Assembly (NCBI GenBank): GCA_964291265.2
Contig: OZ219747.1
Coordinates: 1,760,001-1,824,000 of the forward strand
DNA: 64,000 bases
Direction: 5' to 3'
Source of the DNA: Alphaproteobacteria bacterium
GTDB lineage: Bacteria > Pseudomonadota > Alphaproteobacteria > SP197
Part shown: piece by piece, positions 51,899 through 61,744 of the stretch
How positions within the stretch are numbered: the first letter of the stretch is position 1
How the letters are laid out: every line of letters starts with the position of its first letter
The notes under the pieces: model-generated
What the model was told of the DNA's origin: nothing
The model's database searches: none
The model's input: the letters and a program-made list of their open reading frames with translations, nothing else
Position numbers and translations under genes: made by a program

Positions 51899-53681
51899 CG
51901 CCCGACGCCCCTTCCCGGTCCCCGGCATCCGCAACCGCCCGCGGCGACCCCTCGCCGCGCTCCACGACCAACCGCGGCTGCGGCCCCGGAAGGCGCGCCA
52001 GAACCGATGCCACCGAACCGAACATCTGCAGGCGACCATCCTCCAGAACCGCGATCCGGGCGCACTCGGCCAGCATCGCGCGGCGGTGCGCCACCACCAC
52101 GACCGCACACCCCAGCGCCTTTGCCCCGGCGATCGCACGGTTGAGCGCCTGGGTGCCCGTATCGTCCAGCCCCGCGTCCGGTTCGTCCAGCACCAGGAGC
52201 ACGGGATTGCCGTATAGCGCCCGCGCCAGACCGATGCGCTGGCGCTGCCCGCCCGACACGCCGCCGTCGCCGCCCGTCAGCATCGTGTCGTAGGCGTCCG
52301 GCAGCGACAGGATCATCTCGTGCGCCCCGGCCGCCTTGGCTGCCCGCACCACCGCCTCCTCGCCCCCGTCGGGGACGAAACGCGAAATGTTCTCCGCCAC
52401 GCTGCCGGGGAACAGGACCACATCCTGAGGCAGGTAGCCCAGATGCTCCCGCCACAGCGTCTCTCCCCAGGCCGCGAGTTTCGCCCCGCCAAGCCGGACC
52501 TCGCCCTGCGCCGGCAGCCACAGGCCGGCAAGCGCCTTCACAAGCGTCGACTTGCCCGCACCGCTCGGACCCACGACCGCCACCGCCTCGCCCGGCGTCA
52601 CGTCGAAGGTCACACCGCGCAGCAGCACATCCCGCCGCGTCGGGGACAGCACCGTCAGGTCGCGCACCACCAGATGCGCCGCGGGACGCGGCAGCGCCAT
52701 GGGCGCAATCTCCGGCGGCACCTCCGCCAGGAGCCGCGACACCGACAGCCAGCCCGCCCGCGCCCGCTGGATCAGCGCCGACTGCGCGATCGTCTGCTCC
52801 AGGGGCTGCAAGGCCCGGCCCAGCAGGATCGAGGCCGCGATCATCGCCCCCGCCGTCAACTGGCCCTGCAGAACCAGCCAGGCGCCGAGACCGAGCATCC
52901 CCGACTGCAGCAGAAGACGGAACGCACGGCTCGCCGCCGTGTACCCGCCGCCCGCGTCCGCCGCCCGCATCGACTGGTTGAGGGACGCGCCGCGCAACTC
53001 CTTCCAGCGCGACCGAAGCGGTCCCGCCATGCCGAGGCCCGTCACCGTCTCCAGCTCGCGCCGGACATCCTCGGCCCGGCGGGAGGCCTCCGCGGAGAGA
53101 CCGGCTGCCTGATCCTGCGGCTTGCGAGTCGCCCACCGGTTCGCCAGCGCCAGCGCCACCAGGACGACTGCGCCGGCAACCGCCAGCCACCCCAGAAGCG
53201 TATGGAAGATGAAGATGATCGCCACGAAGAACGGCGTCCAGGGCAGGTCCATGATGGCGCCGGGCGCCGGAGACGCGAGAAACGCGCGCACCGTCTCCAG
53301 GTGCTGGAGCGCCTGTCCCGGATGGCCGCGCCGGGACGGGTCGCGCGCCGCCTTGCCGGCGGCATCGAACACCCGTTCGTCGAGTGCCTCCTGAAACCCC
53401 GCGCCGACCCGCGACAGGATGCGCCCGCGAAGACTGTCGAGCAGGCCCTTCAACCCGTAGAGATACACCACGAGGGCCAGCAGCATCACGAGCGTCGCCT
53501 CCGACCGGCTGGTCAGGATGCGATCGTAGATCTGCAGCATGAAGAGCGGGCCGGTGAGCATGAGGAGGTTCACCACCGCGCTCAGCATCACCACAACGAC
53601 CAGAGCGCCGCGATACCGCAGGAGCGCCGCGCGGGGCTGCAATCCCGATCGCAGGGAGGGCTCGGAACGTCCAGTCTTCAT
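51891..53681 (-). CDS. Type I secretion ABC permease/ATPase (PrtD family)
   Basis: NLLMLTGPLFMLQIYDR, DLPWTP, GPSGAGKS, SGGQRQRIGLARA, LDEP. Confidence 0.95.
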   Translation of the reverse strand: MKTGRSEPSLRSGLQPRAALLRYRGALVVVVMLSAVVNLLMLTGPLFMLQIYDRILTSRSEATLVMLLALVVYLYGLKGLLDSLRGRILSRVGAGFQEALDERVFDAAGKAARDPSRRGHPGQALQHLETVRAFLASPAPGAIMDLPWTPFFVAIIFIFHTLLGWLAVAGAVVLVALALANRWATRKPQDQAAGLSAEASRRAEDVRRELETVTGLGMAGPLRSRWKELRGASLNQSMRAADAGGGYTAASRAFRLLLQSGMLGLGAWLVLQGQLTAGAMIAASILLGRALQPLEQTIAQSALIQRARAGWLSVSRLLAEVPPEIAPMALPRPAAHLVVRDLTVLSPTRRDVLLRGVTFDVTPGEAVAVVGPSGAGKSTLVKALAGLWLPAQGEVRLGGAKLAAWGETLWREHLGYLPQDVVLFPGSVAENISRFVPDGGEEAVVRAAKAAGAHEMILSLPDAYDTMLTGGDGGVSGGQRQRIGLARALYGNPVLLVLDEPDAGLDDTGTQALNRAIAGAKALGCAVVVVAHRRAMLAECARIAVLEDGRLQMFGSVASVLARLPGPQPRLVVERGEGSPRAVADAGDREGASGGE

Positions 53682-53697
53682 GATGAGTGAAACTTGT

Positions 53698-53735
53698 GAG
53701 TGCGGCCGCCCTTCACCCGAGGGGCGGCCGCACTC
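53698..53735 (-). terminator. Strong intergenic hairpin between the RTX gene and the T1SS ATPase
   Basis: GAGTGCGGCCGCCCTTC-ACCC-GAGGGGCGGCCGCACTC, a near-perfect 17-bp stem. Confidence 0.7.
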
Positions 53736-53754
53736 TTCCGGCTGGCCGGTCGGC

Positions 53755-55968
53755 TCAGCCGTTCAGGAGTTCGTTGTAGTCGTCCACCGTCACGATGCTG
53801 AAGCTGTCGACCGACAGCTGCTCGAACGTCACGCCCTTGAGAATGATCTCGTTGTCGAGCTTGTTCGACGTGATCCTGACGCCGCCGGCATCGTAGTCAT
53901 CGACGATCTTCAGGTCGGAGACATCGAGGAACATCTCCCCGTTTCCGGCCGTCGCCTGGGCCTCGGTCTGCCCCAGGAAGATGATGGTGTCGTTGTCCTC
54001 GACCGAGAAGTCGGTGATGACATCGACGCCGTCGCCGGCGCGGAAGAGGAACTCGTCGGCGCCCTCGCCGCCACGCAGACGGTCGGAGCCTTCGCCGCCC
54101 TCCAGGCGGTCGTTGCCGCCGTCGCCGAACAGCCGGTCCTCGCCTGCGCCGCCGGCCAGCACGTCGAGATCGCCCTCGCCGCCTTCCAGGCGGTCGTTGC
54201 CGTCCCCGCCGTCCAGCTTGTCGTTGCCGGCGCCGCCATAGAGCATGTCGTGGCCGTTGCCGCCGTTCAGCTCGTCGTCGCCGTCCTCGCCATAGAGCCG
54301 GTCGGCGCTGTTCCCGCCGTTCAGCGTGTCGTCGCCGGCGCCACCGTGGAGGATGTCGTTGTTGTTATCCCCGAAGAGCCGGTCGTTGCCGTTGTCGCCG
54401 TAGAGCGTGTCCTTGCCGCGCCCGCCGTAGAGCGTGTCGTCACCGCCGCGCCCGTAGAGCACATCCGCCGCGCCCAGGCCCTTGATGGTATCGTTGCCGC
54501 TGTCGCCGACGAGCAGATCCTTCTTGTTCGTGCCCTTGAGTTTCTTCCCGGTCTGCTGGTGCGGATACTCCTTGTTCGGATCGAAGTCCCAGATGAACTC
54601 GACCTTCGACAGGTCCTCCGCATCGAGACCCTGGAACGCGGCGAGCTGCTTCTTCGACTCGCCCTCACCGGTGACGAGGAACTGCACCGTCTCGCCTGCG
54701 ATGCCCCACCTATCGGCGTCGAGGGTGCCCGCCTCGAACCGTACATCGTCCCATGCAAGGCCGAACGGCAACCGGACATAGTCCTCATCCACGTTGAAGT
54801 CCGCGATGATGTCGGGAGCCTCGTCAGTCGTGCTGATGACGAAGATGTCCCGGCCGCTGTCGCCCCAGAGCCGGTCCTGGCCGGCGCCGCCGTCGAGACG
54901 GTCGTGGCCATGGCCACCGTAGAGCTGGTCCTCGCCGGCGCCGCCGTAGAGCAGGTCGTTGCCTTCGACGCCAACAAGCGCGTCTCTGTCCGCGCCGCCG
55001 TAAAGCGTGTCGTTGCCGCGACCACCAATCAGGGTGTCGTAACCGTCCCCGCCGCGGAGGATGTCGTTGCCGCGGCCGCCATCAATATAATCACCGCCTG
55101 CGCCGCCTTGGAGCCGGTCATCGCCGCCATGGCCATGGAGCTGGTCTTCCCAGGCGGTGCCCGAGAGGGTATCGCCCGCCTGCGTACCGTAGATCCACTC
55201 CCCGCGCTGCGTCGAGAGGCTCTGGCCGATCCAGTCGATCGCGGCATCGATAGCCTCCCCGGAGACGTCCTCCCCGTAGTTGAGCTCGGCGAGCACCTTG
55301 TTGCCCAGCATGATGCGGAAATGGGCATTCCCGTAGACGCCATCGGGGTGGTGAACGATCGTGGGCCTCGGCCCGTCCCCGAGACCGGTGACAATGATGA
55401 CGTCCCTGGTGTTGTACGATCCCCACGGACGCTCGTAGTCCTCGATGTAGACGTAGCTGTCGGGGTTCAGGATGAATTTGTCCAACCCCCTGCCGCCGTT
55501 GAGGATGTTTCCCCGCGGGTTTTCGACGTCCTGGTCGCTCTGCGGACCCCTGCCCCTCGTCGTGCCGGTGAGCGCGCCGGTGCCGTCGTCCACCCGGCTG
55601 CTGTCCTTGACCCGGCCTGCAATCAGGTAGTCGCCGTCGGCGCCGCCGTAGAGACGGTCGGAGAACGCGTCCTCCTGGTTGCCGACCAGGGTGTCGCCGC
55701 CCCGGCCGCCATGGAGGACATTCATGCCGTAGCCGCCTTCGAGATAGTCTCGCCCCTCGCCGCCTTTCGCAAGGCTGCCGCCGCCGCCGGCATCCTTGAA
55801 CCAGTCGTCGCCCCAGCCGCCGGTGAAGGCATCGTGGCCCTGACCGCCGAGGACGTGCATCGAGCCGTAGTGCCCCTCCGCGTTCGAGATGTGGTTCACC
55901 CCGGTCGTGCGGGAGAGATCCAGGGTCTCCTCGCTGTCAACAAGATACTCCGTGGGTTTCGTTGTCAT
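53755..55968 (-). CDS. Large RTX calcium-binding repeat protein (T1SS substrate)
   Basis: Three blocks of GGxGxDxL repeats, each followed by a DxIxDF/DY-type module; GGAGGAG RBS before ATG 55968. Confidence 0.92.
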   Translation of the reverse strand: MTTKPTEYLVDSEETLDLSRTTGVNHISNAEGHYGSMHVLGGQGHDAFTGGWGDDWFKDAGGGGSLAKGGEGRDYLEGGYGMNVLHGGRGGDTLVGNQEDAFSDRLYGGADGDYLIAGRVKDSSRVDDGTGALTGTTRGRGPQSDQDVENPRGNILNGGRGLDKFILNPDSYVYIEDYERPWGSYNTRDVIIVTGLGDGPRPTIVHHPDGVYGNAHFRIMLGNKVLAELNYGEDVSGEAIDAAIDWIGQSLSTQRGEWIYGTQAGDTLSGTAWEDQLHGHGGDDRLQGGAGGDYIDGGRGNDILRGGDGYDTLIGGRGNDTLYGGADRDALVGVEGNDLLYGGAGEDQLYGGHGHDRLDGGAGQDRLWGDSGRDIFVISTTDEAPDIIADFNVDEDYVRLPFGLAWDDVRFEAGTLDADRWGIAGETVQFLVTGEGESKKQLAAFQGLDAEDLSKVEFIWDFDPNKEYPHQQTGKKLKGTNKKDLLVGDSGNDTIKGLGAADVLYGRGGDDTLYGGRGKDTLYGDNGNDRLFGDNNNDILHGGAGDDTLNGGNSADRLYGEDGDDELNGGNGHDMLYGGAGNDKLDGGDGNDRLEGGEGDLDVLAGGAGEDRLFGDGGNDRLEGGEGSDRLRGGEGADEFLFRAGDGVDVITDFSVEDNDTIIFLGQTEAQATAGNGEMFLDVSDLKIVDDYDAGGVRITSNKLDNEIILKGVTFEQLSVDSFSIVTVDDYNELLNG

Positions 55969-56237
55969 GTTGAACTCCTCCGTTTGCCAGATCACCATTT
56001 CGTATGTCGTAACCGTAACCCTGTATCGCAGAGGGAGGGTGACGTCAACAACGATGGAATTCGGGAAAGCTGAAGCGGGCGCCGGGATGACGCCGGCCCT
56101 CGTTGTGCGGGGTGCTCCCTGTTCGGCGAGCTGATCTTTCGCGGAGCTGTCGTCGGCAGACGGGCCCGGAAACCCGTTCGGCAGGGGACGCGGTTGTCAG
56201 TCTGCCGATTCAGGCTTCGGGAAAGGCGTCATCAACG

Positions 56238-56666
56238 TCAGGCCCCTCCGCTGCGACAACGCTCGCCCGCCGCCGAGGAGTGCTGACGGCAGGGCACACC
56301 GCACTGGGCCTCTCCTTCATGCACACCTGGATCGTGCCCGCAGCCGATAGTCCGCAGACGCGTGGCCTCGGGGTGTTGCCGCCCGGCGGTGCGCAAGGCG
56401 CCGGGACATGCAACACGGTCTGCCGAGGGAACCTCCGCTTCACCCGGGCGCCGCGCTGACCGCCGAGGAAACGCCGCCTCGTGAAGGGTATCAGGGCGAC
56501 ATGTTCCTCGGACCATGGGGTTGAGATCCTTGGACTTGCGGCGGCGCCGGGCGACTTCGAACAGCACGGGCGCAGACAACACGACGTCGGTCGGGTTCGG
56601 CATGTCCGGCGGGTTCCGGACTACGCGGCGTTCGTCGCGCCTCACCGGGGCACGGACGGGCTTCAT
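56238..56666 (-). pseudogene. Probable decayed DNA photolyase (PhrA-like) 5' remnant
   Basis: ATGA coupling to the cfa stop; MKPVRAPVRRDERRVVRNP...APVLF echoes the PhrA start PVIVWFRRDLRLxDNP...PVFI; expected position after cfa in sigmaE regulons. Confidence 0.4.
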
Positions 56667-57901
56667 GGGGATGGCCTGCGGCAGGTGATCCGGACCACGT
56701 CCGTGGTTCCTGCGGTGAAGCCTGCGGCGCTTGCCGCGAGGTAGAAGTTCCACATGCGACGGAAGCGTTCGTCGAAGCCGAGGGCCGCAATCTGTTGCCA
56801 TCGGGCATTGAACCGCCGGCGCCAGGCGCGCAGGCTGCGCGCGTAGCTGTCGGCGAAGGTCTCCTTGCCGATCGTCTCGAGACCGGCTGCCGAGATCCGC
56901 TTGCCGAGGGCCGCCGGGCTCGGCAGCATCCCGCCCGGGAAGATGTGCTTCTGGATGAAGTCGGCCCGGGTGCGGTACTGGGCGAAGAGACGATCCGCGA
57001 TCGTGATCGCCTGGAGTACGGCGACGCCTCCCGGGCGCAGCCGGTCGTGGAGCGCCCCGAAATAGACCGGCCAGTACTTCTCTCCGACCGCCTCGACCAT
57101 CTCGATGGATGCAACCCCGTCATAGACGCCGCGTTCCTCGCGGTAGTCGCGCAGCAGGATTTCCGCCCGATCAGCGAGTCCCGCCTCGAACAACCGCTTC
57201 CGCGCATAGTCCTGCTGTTCGCGCGAGACCGTGAGTCCCGTGACCTTCACATGGCACTCCCGAATGGCGAACTCGGCGAAACCGCCCCAGCCGCAGCCGA
57301 TTTCGAGTATCCGGTCATCCGGCGCCGGCGCGAGCTGCTCGCAGATCGCCGCGTACTTGTTCCGCTGCGCTTCGGCGAGACTCTCGCCGGCGTTGCGGAA
57401 CAGGGCGGACGAGTAGGTCATGGTCTCGTCGAGCCAGAGGCCGTAGAAGTCGTTTCCGAGATCGTAGTGATGCGCGACGTTGCGCCGCGACCCCCTTCTG
57501 CTGTTGACGTTCAGGCAATGGCGAAGGCGCTCCCGGAGGCGGAACAGCCCGGCGCCCGGGAAGCTCCGCGCGATGTTCTCGTTGTTGAGCATGATGACGT
57601 CCATGAGATCCTCGAGGTCAGGCGTCGTCCACCAGCCGTCCATGAACATCTCGCCAAAACCGAGATCGCCTTCCGCGAGCAATCGCGCGACAAACCCCGG
57701 ATCGAGAACGACGATCTTGCCGTGGGGGCCGGGCGCATCGCCGCTTGCCCTGATGGGCCTGCAGTGCGGCAGCTCGACTTCGATCGTGCCGCGTTCGATG
57801 CGACTGAGCACCGTCTGAAAGATCCGCATCCGCCGCGGCAGCGCCGCGCCGGTTCCTCCCGACACGGGGGAAGCGGCCGACCCGCTGACCGGCGCGGTCA
57901 C
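56663..57901 (-). CDS. cfa: Cyclopropane-fatty-acyl-phospholipid synthase family methyltransferase (UfaM/CfaS-like)
   Basis: HYDLGNDFY.LWLD.TMTYSS, LEIGCGWG, SIEMVEAVG, FIQKHIFPGG; GTGA coupling. Confidence 0.93.
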   Translation of the reverse strand: MTAPVSGSAASPVSGGTGAALPRRMRIFQTVLSRIERGTIEVELPHCRPIRASGDAPGPHGKIVVLDPGFVARLLAEGDLGFGEMFMDGWWTTPDLEDLMDVIMLNNENIARSFPGAGLFRLRERLRHCLNVNSRRGSRRNVAHHYDLGNDFYGLWLDETMTYSSALFRNAGESLAEAQRNKYAAICEQLAPAPDDRILEIGCGWGGFAEFAIRECHVKVTGLTVSREQQDYARKRLFEAGLADRAEILLRDYREERGVYDGVASIEMVEAVGEKYWPVYFGALHDRLRPGGVAVLQAITIADRLFAQYRTRADFIQKHIFPGGMLPSPAALGKRISAAGLETIGKETFADSYARSLRAWRRRFNARWQQIAALGFDERFRRMWNFYLAASAAGFTAGTTDVVRITCRRPSP

Positions 57902-58677
57902 GAGGTCTCGCCCGGCCTGCCGGCGGCGAGCGCCAGCAGTGCGAAGAACACCGGTCGCGGCAGGGCTGCCAGACACCTGATCGCAGCCGTCATGGCGAAG
58001 GGGAAGGCGATCTCGAACCGCCCGCGCGCCATGCCGCGCACGATGCGGTCGGCCGCTGCTTCGGGAGTCATGATGAACGGCATCCTGAAATCGTTCTTCC
58101 CGGTCAGTCGGGTGGCCACGAAACCGGGATTGCAGATCTGCACCAGGATTCCTGATCCACGCAGATCGCAACGCAGGTTCTCGGCCAGGTGCATCAGGGC
58201 CGCCTTGGTCGCGCCGTATCCCCAGGCGTCGGGCAGCCCGCGATACCCGGAGAGAGAGCCAAGCAGCACGATGTGCCCGGCGCCGCGCTGGCGGAACACC
58301 GGCACGCAGGCCGCCAGGACGCGGAGTGCGCCGGTCAGGTTGACGTCGACCATGGTCTCCAGCGCGTCGACATCGGGCCTGCGCGCCGACATCGGCTCGT
58401 AGGCGCCGGCGCAGTAGATGACGCCGTCCACCTCACCGGCGCGGTCCAGGGCTTTGAACGTGGCGGAGCTGTCGGCGACGTCGAACGGCACGGCCACATG
58501 GCCTCCACGGGCCGTCCGCGCCGGCTCCATCTCGTCGATCAGGCTGCCGAGAGCCGCGCCGTCCCGGGCGGAGACAGCGACGGCGGACCCCTCCTGCGCG
58601 AGCCTCAGGGCGAGCCGCCGACCGATGCCGGCGCTGGCGCCGACCAGCCAGAAACGCCTGCCGGCGAGCCGGCTCAT
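57898..58677 (-). CDS. Short-chain dehydrogenase/reductase
   Basis: GASAGIG, YGATK, NPGFVATRLT.KNDF.MP. Confidence 0.92.
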   Translation of the reverse strand: MSRLAGRRFWLVGASAGIGRRLALRLAQEGSAVAVSARDGAALGSLIDEMEPARTARGGHVAVPFDVADSSATFKALDRAGEVDGVIYCAGAYEPMSARRPDVDALETMVDVNLTGALRVLAACVPVFRQRGAGHIVLLGSLSGYRGLPDAWGYGATKAALMHLAENLRCDLRGSGILVQICNPGFVATRLTGKNDFRMPFIMTPEAAADRIVRGMARGRFEIAFPFAMTAAIRCLAALPRPVFFALLALAAGRPGETS

Positions 58678-59225
58678 GGCGAGGACGCCGGCGCGTCATC
58701 GCCGGCGGCGGTCTTGCGGAAGGAGACGAAAAGCTCGCCGACCTTGAGGCCGAACTTGGACATGCGCGCCCGGTTGATCAGCGTGCCGTCGTCCATCAGG
58801 TAGAACCAGTCCTCCATGCCGACGACGATGTCGCCCCTGGTCCTCGACACTCGCAGCCGGTAGCGCATCGCGGCCGCGTTGCCGCGCTGCACACCTGCCG
58901 CCACGCCTTCGACATCGTGTGCGGTCGCGGAGAATGACCTGTCATCGGCGAAGGTCAGCTTCCAGCATCGCTCACCCGTCTCGCCGTTGTCGTAGCGGAA
59001 CAGCTCCTCCAGCGTGCCCTTCTCGCCGCACCATCGGCCGGTCATGTCGGCTGCGAAGCGCCGTTCAACACGTCCCGAAAGACCGAAGAAGACGCCGGAG
59101 GCGGTCAGCGGACCGTTCAGATAGTCCCGAAGGTCCAGGATCGGCGTTCCGCCTGCATAGTCGTCGACGCCCTGCGCGCCGAGATCGAACAGCAGGCCGG
59201 AACCTGGAAAGTGCTTCGTTCTCAA
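58674..59225 (-). CDS. DUF3833 family protein
   Basis: DY....P.LDLR.YL.G...A.G.F, GTLEE.F.Y..G, DWFYL..DG.LINR..MSKFG; TTG start overlapping the MFS stop. Confidence 0.85.
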   Translation of the reverse strand: MRTKHFPGSGLLFDLGAQGVDDYAGGTPILDLRDYLNGPLTASGVFFGLSGRVERRFAADMTGRWCGEKGTLEELFRYDNGETGERCWKLTFADDRSFSATAHDVEGVAAGVQRGNAAAMRYRLRVSRTRGDIVVGMEDWFYLMDDGTLINRARMSKFGLKVGELFVSFRKTAAGDDAPASSP

Positions 59226-60472
59226 CCCTCGTCTCCCGTTTCTTTGACGCATATCCAGAGCACCGGGACCGCGGCCAGCTTGAGGACGCAAGGAACCAGT
59301 GCGTAGGCCGTGGCAAGCGACGCGAGGCCCGCCCGTCCGGACGTTCCCGGCTCGTATCCGGCGAGGGCGAGCATCGGCAGCGTGGCGCCCGCCGCGACGG
59401 CAAGAGCGGTTTTCTGCAGGAACGTCCAGAGTGCAAACACCCGTCCTCCGCCCCGCTCTACCCGCGCCGCCAGCATCGCCGGCGCCAGCGTCATGTCGGC
59501 GCCGAGCGCCGCGCCTGACGCGGCGGCGATCGCATAGAAGGCCCGGATGTCGCCGGAGCCCAGAGTCCAGGCCCAGAAGAAGACCGGTACCGACAGCACC
59601 ATGCCCGTCGCCAGGGCAGCCTTGCGTCCGAGCCTGCCGGCGAGCCGCGCCCAGAGAGGCGCGGCCGCCGCGGCCGCCGAGAAGAAGACCAGAAGCATGG
59701 GACCGGCATGGGCTTCCGCGTTCAGGATATCGGAAACGAAGAACAAGAAGAGTGTCGACGTCACGGCGGTCGGCAGGGCGTTGACGAAACCGAAGGCAAG
59801 GATCGGCACGACGCCGGGTACGCGCAGGGCCTCGGCAAAGCTGCTGTCGGGGACCGACCTGCCTGACGACAGCCATCGACCGTGCATTCGCCCGAGCGCG
59901 AAGAAGGCGAAGAGACAGAAGGCGGCGGCGTAGCCGGCATGGGCGAAGGCCGCGCCGAGGACCGATCCAAGCAAGGTCGGCGCCGTGGCGGCGAGGCAGA
60001 TGCCGGCCAGTCCTCCGGCCTCGCGCCAGAGGGCGATCCTCGTGTATCCCCCGCCCGCCGCCCCTGCCTGCGCCAGCCCATGGTCGTAGAGCGCGATCTG
60101 GAGCGCACTGAAGCCGGTGAAGGAGGCCAGCAGGCCGACGCCGAGGCGCGGCAAGGGTTCGCCCCACCCCGGCGGAGCGAAGAGAAGCCCGAGACCGCCG
60201 ACCAGAAGGACGCCGGCGCCCAGTGCCCACGCTTCACGGCGGCGCGGCCAGCGGTCGGCGAGTCGGCCGATCAGCGGATCCTGGAGGCTGTCCACCGCCC
60301 GTGCCGCCAGCAGCACGCCGCCCAGAGTGCCAAGGCCCATCCCCATCTCTTCCGCGTAGTAGCGCGGCGCGTGGATGTAGAGCGGCACGCCGGCAAAGGC
60401 GAGCATGGCCGCCACCGCGGCAGGCGGCACCAGGTCGCGCCGCAGCGGATTGCGCGAGGGAGAATCAGTCAT
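59222..60472 (-). CDS. MFS transporter (GPH/sugar:cation symporter-like)
   Basis: PLYIH.P.YY, RAVD..QDP..G.L.D, NALP.AV.STLF.FFV, GAALGAD, YAL.PC.LKL. Confidence 0.88.
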   Translation of the reverse strand: MTDSPSRNPLRRDLVPPAAVAAMLAFAGVPLYIHAPRYYAEEMGMGLGTLGGVLLAARAVDSLQDPLIGRLADRWPRRREAWALGAGVLLVGGLGLLFAPPGWGEPLPRLGVGLLASFTGFSALQIALYDHGLAQAGAAGGGYTRIALWREAGGLAGICLAATAPTLLGSVLGAAFAHAGYAAAFCLFAFFALGRMHGRWLSSGRSVPDSSFAEALRVPGVVPILAFGFVNALPTAVTSTLFLFFVSDILNAEAHAGPMLLVFFSAAAAAAPLWARLAGRLGRKAALATGMVLSVPVFFWAWTLGSGDIRAFYAIAAASGAALGADMTLAPAMLAARVERGGGRVFALWTFLQKTALAVAAGATLPMLALAGYEPGTSGRAGLASLATAYALVPCVLKLAAVPVLWICVKETGDEG

Positions 60473-60983
60473 CACAGCTCCCGGAGAGCAAGGTGTCCCT
60501 CCTTTGCGGGTCACGGCTTTGCGGACCGAGCCAGATATCGAGAAACAGATCGGCGTCCTCGGTGAGCGCTCCGGTCGGACTGCCGTTGAGGAAGAACTCG
60601 ACGTGGTCAGGCCCGTTGCGCCAGGCCGTGTAGCGGTCGCCTTCGGCCACGTCTCGCATGGCCTTCCAGAGTTCCGCGCGCACTTCTGCGAAACTTGTCT
60701 CCGGCCGGCCCGACATGCGCGCCATCTCCGATATCGAACTCGAGACCAGTTCGTCGCGGCTGAAGTCGCGGCGGTAGGTGAGGGACAGCCCGAATCTCTC
60801 GCCCGCCTCGGCGTCCGTCCACAGTTCCGCCCTGTAGAGGTCGAAGAACAGGAAACCGTAGTCGGCGCAGCCGGCAGGTCGCGCGGACGCGACCCGGTCT
60901 GCCAGCTCCGGCGGCGCCGCGAGGGCGCCGCTCTCGGCTCCGAGCAGGAACAGTACCAGAAGGATCACCCGGCGCGTCATCAT
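60465..60983 (-). CDS. Chalcone isomerase-like secreted protein
   Basis: Signal peptide, FFDLYRAELW, L.LTY.R, DV..GD, FLDIWLG..S..P..R..LL. Confidence 0.8.
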   Translation of the reverse strand: MMTRRVILLVLFLLGAESGALAAPPELADRVASARPAGCADYGFLFFDLYRAELWTDAEAGERFGLSLTYRRDFSRDELVSSSISEMARMSGRPETSFAEVRAELWKAMRDVAEGDRYTAWRNGPDHVEFFLNGSPTGALTEDADLFLDIWLGPQSRDPQRRDTLLSGSCDD

Positions 60984-61744
60984 GTCACGCTCTTCTCGGG
61001 CGGCGGCGGGCGGCGGCGGTAGGACGCTCCCTTCCACCACAGCCGGAGTGCCTGCCAGTGGATCAGCGCCGTCGTCCTTGCGGCGCCAGGTGGCCGTCGA
61101 AGGAGTGCCCTTGCGAGTTCTCGGTCGTTGAAGGGGCGGCGCGTGCCGGCGATCGCCGTGTCGAGCCCTCCACCCCTGCCATCGTCATAGATGATGCGCA
61201 CAGCGACGTTGGCCTCGTTCAGCAGGAACCGGAACCGGTACTCGCCGGCGACGTCAAGGAATGGCGAGACGTGGAAACGCTTGGCCGTCACGGTCCAGCA
61301 GTTGCGGGTGAGGTCGGAACCGTTCTCGTTCCTGCAGAGATAGCCGTGGCGGTCGCCAAAGGTGTTGTGGACCTCGGCGAGCACCGCACGAAGATTGCCG
61401 GCGGCGCCGAGGAGGAACCAGAAGCTGACCGGGTTGAACGCATAGCCCCAGTAGCGCGGATGGGTCAGCAGGAGCACGCGGTCAACGCCGCCGATCCCTT
61501 CTTCCCGCGCCAGACGGCGAAGGTCCTCGATGCCGTTGCACCCCGCAATGCCGTGATCGCTTGGCTGGAGGGAGACAATGTTGGGCCGACCGTAGGAGAA
61601 GAGTCTGGGGGTCCTCCGGGTTCCCGCGAGCTGCGCCTCGTCGAGCAAGAGGTAGTCGATGCCGTAGACGAAGCGGTTGTCCACAGGCACGCGCCGGACA
61701 TGGCTGACCCTGGCCTTGACGACCGAAGATCCCGTCACGCCCAT
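60980..61744 (-). CDS. DUF1365 family protein (UfaO-like)
   Basis: V.H.R..P....F.Y, PR.WGY.FNPVSFW, AEVHNTFG.RH.Y, K.FHVSPF, IHWQALRLW.KG. Confidence 0.92.
   Translation of the reverse strand: MGVTGSSVVKARVSHVRRVPVDNRFVYGIDYLLLDEAQLAGTRRTPRLFSYGRPNIVSLQPSDHGIAGCNGIEDLRRLAREEGIGGVDRVLLLTHPRYWGYAFNPVSFWFLLGAAGNLRAVLAEVHNTFGDRHGYLCRNENGSDLTRNCWTVTAKRFHVSPFLDVAGEYRFRFLLNEANVAVRIIYDDGRGGGLDTAIAGTRRPFNDRELARALLRRPPGAARTTALIHWQALRLWWKGASYRRRPPPPEKSVT

Noticed and set aside
58674-60230. 518 aa fusion ORF
   Set aside because: The upstream part overlaps the MFS gene in another frame; only the last ~183 codons match DUF3833
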